DNA of 38,306 nucleotides from Candidatus Omnitrophota bacterium (lineage in GTDB: Bacteria > Omnitrophota > Gorgyraeia > Gygaellales > Profunditerraquicolaceae). A program made the translations under genes and the position numbers. The notes under the pieces were generated by a model. That model did not search any database and was not told the origin of the DNA. It worked only from the letters and a program-made list of their open reading frames with translations. Where the stretch lies: contig JBEKSD010000015.1 in the NCBI GenBank assembly GCA_049517335.1, positions 1 through 38,306 of the forward strand, given 5' to 3'. Below, in pieces: positions 18,064-26,292 of the stretch. The first letter of the stretch is position 1. Each line of letters begins with the position of its first letter.

Positions 18064-18194
18064 GGAGCTGTCAAAAAAACTGCCCCTCGGCATTAAACCA
18101 GATTTTTTTTAGTTACGGGGATATCTATACCTCTAATTAACCCGACATTCTTATCCGGGTCAGACACCACTCTTTTTCCTTGAGCCGTCGCTCC
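18064..18194 (-). ncRNA. Candidate structured non-coding RNA of unknown class
   Basis: Lies in a 229-bp intergenic gap. The ends pair (GGAGC/GCTCC and TCAAGGAAA/TTTTTTTGA); internal hairpins GACCCGGATA/TGTCGGGTT and TGCC-GAGG-GGCA. Strand uncertain. Confidence 0.3.
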
Positions 18195-18238
18195 AATGGA
18201 TATAATCAACGCGCGACCAGCTTGTGCCCAAATAATGT

Positions 18239-18877
18239 TTACTCTCCTCTTACCGGGCATAAGCTGCATTTTGGATTACTCTTAAGGCAATAATCCTTTG
18301 CCAGGCGCACGAGCAAGGCGTGGTATTCATTATATAATTTTACCTCATCTTTAAGGTTTTTGCTAAACAAATTTTGCACTTCGTCATAAGAAGCGTTTTT
18401 AGGGATAAACTTGTGGCGCGAAAAGATCCTTTTCGTATAAGCATCTACCACAAAAACAGGCTTATCCAGTGCATAAAGAAGTATGGAATCCGCAGTTTCC
18501 GGACCGATGCCGTTCACCGAGAGCAATTGCCTGCGTAAAGCTTGCGCATTCTGCCGGATAAGTCTTTTCATATCGCCTTTGTAGCTTTTAAAATAGAACC
18601 TCAGGAATTCCTTCAGGCGTTTGCTTTTAATATTAAAAAAACCGGAAGGCTTAATCAGGCGGGCAATTTCTCCTTTGGGCATCCTGCGCAGCTTCCGCGC
18701 AGAGAGCGCTTTTGCTTTTTTTAAATTCGCTATCGCCTTTTCAACGTTCTGCCAACTGGTATTCTGGGTAAGTATCGCTCCGATGATGACTTCAAAACGG
18801 CTCTTTGCCGGCCACCAGTATTGGGGCCCGAACGCACGATAGAGCTTCTTATAAAATAACTCCAGCCTATCTTTCAC
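18239..18877 (-). CDS. HhH-GPD superfamily DNA glycosylase (endonuclease III-related)
   Basis: WWPA, GAILTQNTSW, LLSVNGIGPETADSI, VVDAY, YHALLV, C-terminal Cys cluster. Confidence 0.9.
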   Translation of the reverse strand: MKDRLELFYKKLYRAFGPQYWWPAKSRFEVIIGAILTQNTSWQNVEKAIANLKKAKALSARKLRRMPKGEIARLIKPSGFFNIKSKRLKEFLRFYFKSYKGDMKRLIRQNAQALRRQLLSVNGIGPETADSILLYALDKPVFVVDAYTKRIFSRHKFIPKNASYDEVQNLFSKNLKDEVKLYNEYHALLVRLAKDYCLKSNPKCSLCPVRGE

Positions 18878-20838
18878 CTTTCAAGTTCCAGAGGATTATA
18901 ATTATAGTAAGCAAAAATCGTATAGACGGTCCCGGATAATGAACCGGTTGAGCTGCCCTTAGGGGTTATCCAGCCGTGCCCCGTGTCAACACACTCCTGC
19001 GTGGCATAAGGAAGGCAGCTTTCTCCCTGTCCTGAAGGAGAAGGGCTCGAAATAATCATCTTGCTTAGCTGCAGCAAATACTCATCCGCTTTAGCCCGGT
19101 AAATTTCAGCCTGCTTATTTTGTCCCATTTTTGCGTGGAAAGCAGCCATTATTTTATAAGAAATAATCATCTGCGCGGTCCATTCGGAAGAGACCACCCC
19201 TCCTCTTGCCACATTTCTTTTTGCGGCAAAATCAAAACCTTTTGTCTTTATGCTTCGACCTTCCGGGCGTAGATACGTAACTTCAACAGCGCAGTTTTCT
19301 TCCGCAAACTGCATAATTTTATCCGGGTTCATCCCTACTTCAACTAATTTTTCAGGCCCCACCGCGGCAATTGACCAGGCGTAGGTATCGGTAGCAATAG
19401 TGGCATCGCCCTTGCCTCTTTTAACTGGTATAGCGGATGTATCATACGTATGTTCAATGAGCCATTTCAAGATCTTATCACGCGTAAGAGCATAAATTTG
19501 TTTGCCCGTAACTTTATAGAGCATGTTAAAAAAAGCATAGGCATCCAGGTTATGTTCTGTTGAATACCATTCTACCCCTGGCCCGCCGCGTAAACCGCCT
19601 TCATTATCCTCTAAAGCCATTATCCCGGCTGCGATATCTTCCGCAAGATTAAGATAACTTCTATCCTGCGTCTTATGCATATACTGCACGATAGCTATGC
19701 CTAACCAGATATTCGGCCCGCAGTGCACGATGTACTCCGCCGGTTCGCCGCCGTTGGCATAATAAGCGTTAAAAACTAACCTTCCGGATTTGGGAGAGAC
19801 TTTAAAGAAATTAAGCACTTTTTTTGCGCGATCAAAATCGCCAAAATAGGTAAATGCCTGGATGGCCAGCGCTTGATCATAAGTAAAAGCCCAATTCGCC
19901 ACGTCGCCGTCGCCTTCAAAACTCATAACCAGGCCGCTATGTTTATTTTGATGGATAGTTAGCCATTTGTACATTTTCACAAAATTCTCCTTTTCCAGTT
20001 CCGCCCTTTCTTTACCTAAACTGGCAAACTCTGAGGATGCTATATCCTCACGGTTTTTTAAAACGCCTAATTGTTCCAAAAGGGCTTCCTTGTCTTTTGC
20101 CAACTGTTTTGTAAAAACATCAAGTTCAGTAATTTTCCTGTAAGTCTTATCGCTCTGGATCTTTTCTGTTTCACGCTTCTCAATTTTTTCTTTCTCAAGC
20201 GCATTCTTCATCTGGGCCCCTGTTTCCTGAATACGTTTTTCCAAATCTGAAATCTTCCCTACTAATATTTGCCTCTTTATGTTTATACTCTCAATCCTTC
20301 TTTTTGCCGCCAGAGACTCCTGCGTAATATGAACTAACTTTTCAACTAGCGCCCTGTTTCCCTGCTCAAGCTTGATGTTAGTGTAACTTCCGTAAATCAA
20401 TCCCGCTGCTAATAAAACAACTATAGTTACGGTAAAAGGCACAAAGATTTTTTTCCCCCAGGCATAATTCATTATTCTATTATTCTCTCCCGGGTCTATA
20501 AATGAATACCCCAAGCCAAACAAGTATTTGCCCTCATCGGAAGAAAGCTCTTTAACCCACGTAGATGAGGCATAAGCTTTTACGGCCCGTGCAAAAACAG
20601 GTAAATCTAGCTCAAGCGCTATTCTGCACCCTGCGTTTATTTCTTTTAAATTATCGGCTTTAAGGTTATTTACAGACAGACAAATCCCGCCCTTGCCTAC
20701 GTCACTGGAAAAACCCTGCAGCCACGGGCTTAATGTGGTCTTACCGTCAGGGCTTTCAAGGCGGAAGCGCACCGGAAAGACGGTGTCAAGACGTAAGTAT
20801 TTTCTTCTTTCTTTTCCCAAATGGTCAACAGGCCTCAT
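18874..20838 (-). CDS. PilZ domain - TM helix - coiled coil - putative (alpha/alpha)6 glycosidase-like domain protein
   Basis: PilZ motifs ERRKYLR and DVGKGG; TM IFVPFTVTIVVLLAAGLIY; about 130-aa heptad-rich segment; C-terminal helical domain with FTYDQAL, GPNIWLG, STEHNLDAY. Confidence 0.7.
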   Translation of the reverse strand: MRPVDHLGKERRKYLRLDTVFPVRFRLESPDGKTTLSPWLQGFSSDVGKGGICLSVNNLKADNLKEINAGCRIALELDLPVFARAVKAYASSTWVKELSSDEGKYLFGLGYSFIDPGENNRIMNYAWGKKIFVPFTVTIVVLLAAGLIYGSYTNIKLEQGNRALVEKLVHITQESLAAKRRIESINIKRQILVGKISDLEKRIQETGAQMKNALEKEKIEKRETEKIQSDKTYRKITELDVFTKQLAKDKEALLEQLGVLKNREDIASSEFASLGKERAELEKENFVKMYKWLTIHQNKHSGLVMSFEGDGDVANWAFTYDQALAIQAFTYFGDFDRAKKVLNFFKVSPKSGRLVFNAYYANGGEPAEYIVHCGPNIWLGIAIVQYMHKTQDRSYLNLAEDIAAGIMALEDNEGGLRGGPGVEWYSTEHNLDAYAFFNMLYKVTGKQIYALTRDKILKWLIEHTYDTSAIPVKRGKGDATIATDTYAWSIAAVGPEKLVEVGMNPDKIMQFAEENCAVEVTYLRPEGRSIKTKGFDFAAKRNVARGGVVSSEWTAQMIISYKIMAAFHAKMGQNKQAEIYRAKADEYLLQLSKMIISSPSPSGQGESCLPYATQECVDTGHGWITPKGSSTGSLSGTVYTIFAYYNYNPLELER

Positions 20839-23219
20839 GTTGTCCTTTCCAGAACTATCCTCTGTTTCAGAATCCTGCCCAATTCTTCATAAAAATCCTT
20901 AAAAGTAGCGTAATCAGAATTCTGGATTATATTCTTCTTCAATTCCGAGTTTTGTTTAAAAATTATTTTATTGTCCTTAGCAATATATTCAACCTTAAAA
21001 TTCATCCAAGGGCTATCCCGTTTAATGCTCTCCGGCATATATTTTACGGAGTAGCCTTGCGGTATATCAATTTCAAGCAGATATTCTTTACGATCAAGTA
21101 AGCCGAAATCAATTGTATATTTGCGTTTATCCGAAGCAACCAACGAAGTATCGATGCCAGATAACTGGGGCAGTAATTTCAAGCTGCCTGCGGAAGTAAA
21201 ATATTCGGGTCCGGAAAAACTATAGCTTAAAATAACCGGAGTATTCAAGTCATCTAAATTTTTAATCTTGTATTTATCAAGTTTTGCCCCTATGGAGACT
21301 TCCTGTATTTTTTCCTTTAATGCTTCCTTTATCAACTCCGGCTGGGTATAAAGCAGCCAATAACGCTGGGCCTGGTCATAAACGCCGTAAGTATAATTGG
21401 TTTTTTCAGCCGTAATAGAAAGGTCATCATTCACTTTTATCTTTACATCCTGTTTTATTAAGTTGTGCCCTGCGGGGAATAAAGGCGTTTCTTTTATCTG
21501 GAAGCCTTTATCCTGAAAGAGCAAAACATGCCTTGCCTGATCCGCAACGGGCAGGTCTTCAAATACACAGGTCTCGGCAGTAGTGTCCATAAAAATAACC
21601 TCATCCCCGAGGAAGACTGCTGCAATAGAATGGTTAAACATCACGGAAGGAAAATCCTTATCCAAATCGTAATCTTCCTTCGTCGGGATCAATAGAGGAT
21701 ATGCCGTAAGGCCCGCTTCCCTTAACATTGCAACCAGCAGTATCGCCTGGTCTTTACAGTCGCCATATCTATTCTTGAAGATATCGGCTGCTGTGTGGGG
21801 TTCGTATCCTGCCTGTCCGTATTCAACGGCAACATAGCGGATATGTTGCGCGCAAAAGTTATAAATTGTCCTCGCCTTGTCTTTATCACTCATCTTTCCT
21901 TCGATTAATCTTTTCACTTCTGCCTTTATTGCGCCATCAGCGCTGATCTTATCTTTGGCAAGTTGCCACCACCATTTGTAAACATCCTGCCAAGAATTAA
22001 ATGTTGAAATAATTATGGCCGGGTTAATCTCTACCTGCGGCGGCATATGCGCCTCAGGGGTCATCTGGGGAACGTTTGAAAAATGCCATTTATAAATTGA
22101 AGATCCGTCTTTCTCCTCAACTTGCGCCTTAAGGTCAGCTTTAAAGGTATTGTAATTTTCATTAAGGTATTTTATGCGCAAGGGGCTATTCTTCGGGCAT
22201 TTCAGGGTGAAATCCGCAGACATTATCGGTTCCCCTGCCTGGAGAGGATAATCCAGGACAAAGTCTTTCTTGTTGATTAGATAATTATTGCTTACTTTGA
22301 CCTTATATTCAATAATTGAACCTTCTGTAATTTCAGGGAAAGAAATAATAAAAGCGCGGGCATTGCTGTAAAGCGGAAATTCCATATATCTCGATACGTC
22401 TCTTATATGGCGACTGCCCACCTCTGAAACTGCGCCGTCCGGCTTTATGACCCGGGCAAACTCAAGTTCAACTTTTTCATAGGTTGAATCGTAACCTACT
22501 TGGGCTTCGGCAAACTCCTCTTTTCCGCGCTCGTTTAATATTTTTATCAGGTAATGCAGGTTTGACACTTGCGTGCCCTGGTTGGTTACTTCAATCTTTT
22601 CATCGGAATATAGAATTATTGCGCCTGCTTCGGGATAGTCTTTTCCTTCCGGCGCGCGGCTTAAGATTTGGGCGATTTCAGGGCTTAAATCTTTGATGTT
22701 TAAATAGGTCCCTTTTTGTATCGCTTCAATGTGCTCTTGCGCTAGGGGCTTGAATTCAGGATCCCTTGTAATCTTTGCGTAGATCTTTAACGCGTTGTCA
22801 AAAAGATTAAGCTTTTCGCTCGTCAGCGCATAATAATACAGGCATTCGTCATCAGGGCATTCCTGACGGCTGAAAGTCTCCAGGGCATCACGAAAATCGC
22901 CCAGATGATAATAGGACATGGCTAAAAGCTTTTTTGCGCCGCGGCGTTCCGTCTTCTTTAATGCTTGCTCTGCCTGAAGGAACTTACCATGCTCATAATA
23001 AAGAGAGCCCAGTTCATAATATAATTTATCCGGATTGGCTCCTTTGGCAATTAAAGCCTCGTATTTTTTGACGGCCCGATCATAAAGGCTTAACGATTTG
23101 CTTGCCAGAGCCGAAGCGGATTGTGAATCTGTGCAGGAAATACTGCCTGAAGATAAAAGAACGAGTAACAAAGAAAAAGTTAACAGCCTTTTTATTTTAG
23201 CGGTATTTGTAATAGGCAT
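20835..23219 (-). CDS. Exported TPR + DUF3857 + transglutaminase-like + DUF3858 protein
   Basis: Signal peptide, TPRs, GSIIEY, IRYVAVEYG, triad GDCKD / FNHSI / FMDTT. Confidence 0.85.
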   Translation of the reverse strand: MPITNTAKIKRLLTFSLLLVLLSSGSISCTDSQSASALASKSLSLYDRAVKKYEALIAKGANPDKLYYELGSLYYEHGKFLQAEQALKKTERRGAKKLLAMSYYHLGDFRDALETFSRQECPDDECLYYYALTSEKLNLFDNALKIYAKITRDPEFKPLAQEHIEAIQKGTYLNIKDLSPEIAQILSRAPEGKDYPEAGAIILYSDEKIEVTNQGTQVSNLHYLIKILNERGKEEFAEAQVGYDSTYEKVELEFARVIKPDGAVSEVGSRHIRDVSRYMEFPLYSNARAFIISFPEITEGSIIEYKVKVSNNYLINKKDFVLDYPLQAGEPIMSADFTLKCPKNSPLRIKYLNENYNTFKADLKAQVEEKDGSSIYKWHFSNVPQMTPEAHMPPQVEINPAIIISTFNSWQDVYKWWWQLAKDKISADGAIKAEVKRLIEGKMSDKDKARTIYNFCAQHIRYVAVEYGQAGYEPHTAADIFKNRYGDCKDQAILLVAMLREAGLTAYPLLIPTKEDYDLDKDFPSVMFNHSIAAVFLGDEVIFMDTTAETCVFEDLPVADQARHVLLFQDKGFQIKETPLFPAGHNLIKQDVKIKVNDDLSITAEKTNYTYGVYDQAQRYWLLYTQPELIKEALKEKIQEVSIGAKLDKYKIKNLDDLNTPVILSYSFSGPEYFTSAGSLKLLPQLSGIDTSLVASDKRKYTIDFGLLDRKEYLLEIDIPQGYSVKYMPESIKRDSPWMNFKVEYIAKDNKIIFKQNSELKKNIIQNSDYATFKDFYEELGRILKQRIVLERTT

Positions 23220-24285
23220 TGCAAGCTCCTTCTATTGAGACCATGCAGGCCCCTAGCGCATTTTTTGGTGTGCATATTTTCCTGAATAACGGGCATTCAT
23301 CCGGAGAAATCAATCCCTTTAAAACATCTACGCACCTGCATTTGGTCGTTGGTCGTTGGTCGTTGGTCGTTGGTTTTATAGAAAATACCTTTTCCGAGTC
23401 CCACTGGCTAAATTCATCTTTTATCTTTAAGCCGCTGCCGGGAATTTTACCTAAACCACGCCACTGGACATCTATAGGTCTAAAAACTTCATACATAATC
23501 TTCCTTGCCTTAGGGTTACCTTCTTTCTTTACCGCCCGCAGATACTGATTTGCCACCAGCGCTTTATTTTTATTAATCTGCTCAAGGATTAAATAAATCC
23601 CTTCCAGGATATCCAGCGGTTCAAAGCCGGAGACACAACAGGGAATTCTGTACTGTTTTGGTATAAATTCATACGGCCTGGTTCCGATAATGGTTGAGAC
23701 GTGGCCTGGGCATAAAAATCCCGAAATGTCCGTCCTATTATCACTAAGCAGGTATTCCATTGCCGGAGGCATTAATTTTAACGCGCATAAAAAAGACAGC
23801 TTCTTTAAATTTTCTCGTCGTGTAGCTTTTATGCTTAAGGCAACTGCCGGAGCGGTAGTTTCGAAACCTACGCCTAAAAAAACTACTTTCTTATCTTTAT
23901 TATGCCGGGCAATCTTCAAGGCGTCAAGCGGCGAATATACGAGCTGAATATGCGCGCCACCTGCCCTTTCTTTTTCCAGGCTCGACCTTGTCCCTGGCAC
24001 CTTAAGCATATCGCCGAATGTCGCTATGATAACTCCTTGCTTTTTAGCTAGGGCAATGGCAGAGTCAATAAAACCCTGATGACTCACACAAACCGGGCAT
24101 CCGGGGCCGGAGATAAATTTCAAATTTTCAGGCAGGAGCCTCCCTAAACCGAACCTGCGGAAACTCTGGGTATGCGTGCCGCAGACTTCCATGATTTTTA
24201 CCTCTTTTTGTGGCATAATCCGGCTGATCTTTTCTGCTATTGTCCTAATCAGACGCGGGGAGCGGAAATCATCAATGTATTTCAA
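23197..24285 (-). CDS. hypD: Hydrogenase maturation protein HypD
   Basis: MEVCGTHT, GPGCPVC, GFETT, PGHVS, GFEPLD, GACMVSIEGAC. Confidence 0.97.
   Translation of the reverse strand: MKYIDDFRSPRLIRTIAEKISRIMPQKEVKIMEVCGTHTQSFRRFGLGRLLPENLKFISGPGCPVCVSHQGFIDSAIALAKKQGVIIATFGDMLKVPGTRSSLEKERAGGAHIQLVYSPLDALKIARHNKDKKVVFLGVGFETTAPAVALSIKATRRENLKKLSFLCALKLMPPAMEYLLSDNRTDISGFLCPGHVSTIIGTRPYEFIPKQYRIPCCVSGFEPLDILEGIYLILEQINKNKALVANQYLRAVKKEGNPKARKIMYEVFRPIDVQWRGLGKIPGSGLKIKDEFSQWDSEKVFSIKPTTNDQRPTTKCRCVDVLKGLISPDECPLFRKICTPKNALGACMVSIEGACNAYYKYR
23342..23374. repeat. Perfect heptamer tandem repeat (TTGGTCG)x4.7 inside hypD
   Basis: ttggtcg ttggtcg ttggtcg ttggtcg ttggt, encoding KPTTNDQRPTTK. Confidence 0.95.
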
Positions 24286-24295
24286 TTTTTTTCAC

Positions 24296-24514
24296 CTATA
24301 AAAATAACTGCAGGTCATCTATTAATTTTAAGGTCTCCTGTGCTTTCTCTGGGTCAACTATCTCGATAGCAAACCCAGCATGCACAATAACGTAATCACC
24401 TGCCTTGACGGCTTTAAGCATCTGAATATTAACATTACGGGTCAGCCTTCCGGATTCAACCTCGGCAAAATCTTTGTTTATCTTTCTTACTTTCATTGGA
24501 ATACCTAAACACAT
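24296..24514 (-). CDS. hypC: Hydrogenase chaperone HypC
   Basis: MCLGIP, GDYVIVHAGFAI. Confidence 0.97.
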   Translation of the reverse strand: MCLGIPMKVRKINKDFAEVESGRLTRNVNIQMLKAVKAGDYVIVHAGFAIEIVDPEKAQETLKLIDDLQLFL

Positions 24515-24520
24515 GATTAA

Positions 24521-25630
24521 CTAACCTCCCGCAATTACCGCCTCCCCTAAAGATACGCCTGAATCATTAGGGCTTAAAACTTTGGGCGTGAATGCACTAA
24601 AGCCTTCCTTACATAATAAATCCAAAGCCAAGCTAAGTAAAAGCTTATTTTGGAATACTCCGCCGGATAAAACAACTTTTCTTATTCCCGTATCCGTACG
24701 TAATTTTAAGCAGGCCTGTTTAATCATTTCAGCAACGGTAAAATGGAAGCGGAAAGCTATTTTTTCCTTTTTAACTTTCCGCTTTAAGTCTTTGGTTATT
24801 CCGCCAAAAATATTTTCCGGTTCAAGCACATATTCTTTACCGGTTTTATTGAGGTTAAAACCATAGGCTAAAGGCCTGCTTTTTTCTTTCCTGGCAATTT
24901 TTTCCAATTCTAATGCTAACTCAGCTTCAAAACGCGCATAGCTCCTGCTTAAAATAATGCTGGCTGCCGCGTCAAATAAGCGGCCCATACTGGAAGCCTC
25001 GGGTGAATTAATTTTTTTAGAACAGATATCCTTTAGAATGGCCCATTTCTTCCTGTCTATGTAGGACGGAAGCTGAATTTTACTTTTCTCCAGCCACACC
25101 GCAGCCAAACGCCATGGCTCCAGAACAGCCCTTTCTCCACCGATGAGTGGAATCTCTTTTAAATGCCCTGCTCTTGTAAAATTTTTGTAATCGCAGATTA
25201 AAAACTCCGCCCCCCAAATTTTATTATCCTTACCTAAACCTGTACCGTCAAAAGCCACGCCGATTACTTTCTGATTTTTAAGCCCGTTTTCCAGCATACA
25301 GGAGGCGATATGGGCATGGTGGTGCTGAACGGTTAATAACTTATACCCATTAGCCGACAGGCTTAAGGCATACTTACTGGATTGATATTCAGGATGCAGA
25401 TCAACGGCTAAGATTTCAGGATTTTTTTTAAGAAAATATCTTACCGTTTCTTTAAATTGTGAAAAATCCTGCGGGTTGCTTAAATTATTATGTACCCTGC
25501 TTAAATAGGCAAAATTTTTATTAGCAAAACAGACGGTATTTTTTGCCTGCGAGCCGAATGCTAAAACCGGCCTGCCTACTTTAAAAGGCAATTGTATTCT
25601 TCTATTAATAATTTTGTTATCTTTCCGCAT
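24521..25630 (-). CDS. hypF: Short HypF comprising only the C-terminal Kae1-like carbamoyltransferase domain
   Basis: KNTVC, DLHPEY, QHHHAH, FDGTGLG, WGAEF, SSMGRLFDA, LSGGVFQN, NDSGVSLGE. No acylphosphatase, Zn-finger or YrdC domain; 369 aa. Confidence 0.88.
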   Translation of the reverse strand: MRKDNKIINRRIQLPFKVGRPVLAFGSQAKNTVCFANKNFAYLSRVHNNLSNPQDFSQFKETVRYFLKKNPEILAVDLHPEYQSSKYALSLSANGYKLLTVQHHHAHIASCMLENGLKNQKVIGVAFDGTGLGKDNKIWGAEFLICDYKNFTRAGHLKEIPLIGGERAVLEPWRLAAVWLEKSKIQLPSYIDRKKWAILKDICSKKINSPEASSMGRLFDAAASIILSRSYARFEAELALELEKIARKEKSRPLAYGFNLNKTGKEYVLEPENIFGGITKDLKRKVKKEKIAFRFHFTVAEMIKQACLKLRTDTGIRKVVLSGGVFQNKLLLSLALDLLCKEGFSAFTPKVLSPNDSGVSLGEAVIAGG

Positions 25631-26292
25631 TTTCCTTTAAAGGGCATAATGCCCATAAGCGAATTGGTAAGGAATGCCTCTTGAGCGCTGGCGATATCTT
25701 CCAGCCTGAATTCCCCCTCACATACTTTTATCTTATGCTTTAGCGCAAGGTCCTTTACTGCTCGGCGCGTAATTCCCTCAAGGCAGCCGCATTTTGCATC
25801 CGGCGTAAACAACTTCCCTGACCGCGCAAAAAAAACATTGCTGCGCGTTGCTTCGGTAAGGTAGCCGAATTTATTCAAAATTAGCGCTTCGTCATAACCG
25901 GCTTTCTTCGCCTGTTTAAAACTCAAATCGTAGAGAAGGCGCCCCGTTGTTTTATGGCGCGCCAGTCTTAATTCATTCTGCCTGAAAGGCGAAACCGTAA
26001 CCCTGAAACCTTCCCGGTACTTATTCTTTGGAAAGGGTTTATATTTCTGTATTAGGATCTGGACTGCCGCTCTATGAGGCCCCTGCCGGATAATTACTTT
26101 TAACCGCCCGTCTTTAATACCGGCCTTCTTTACACTTTCAAGGATGAGTCCTGCTAATTTTTCTCTTGAGCAGGGAAGCTTTATCTTAAAAAAACAAGAC
26201 GATTTTATAATCCGGCTTAAATGCTGGTCAAAATATACGATTTTGCCTTCTTTTACGCGTATTGTTTCAAAAATGCCTAGCCTGCGCATCAC
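25576..26292 (-). CDS. pabC: Class IV PLP enzyme, probable 4-amino-4-deoxychorismate lyase
   Basis: FETIR, HLSR, RHKT, TEATRSNVF, LEGITR, FLTNS; coupled to pabB. Confidence 0.75.
   Translation of the reverse strand: MMRRLGIFETIRVKEGKIVYFDQHLSRIIKSSCFFKIKLPCSREKLAGLILESVKKAGIKDGRLKVIIRQGPHRAAVQILIQKYKPFPKNKYREGFRVTVSPFRQNELRLARHKTTGRLLYDLSFKQAKKAGYDEALILNKFGYLTEATRSNVFFARSGKLFTPDAKCGCLEGITRRAVKDLALKHKIKVCEGEFRLEDIASAQEAFLTNSLMGIMPFKGKCGKITKLLIEEYNCLLK

Noticed and set aside
18085-18170. Resemblance to a TPP riboswitch (ATCTGGTTTAATGCC)
   Set aside because: The conserved CUGAGA and ACCUG elements are absent, and no thiamine gene follows.
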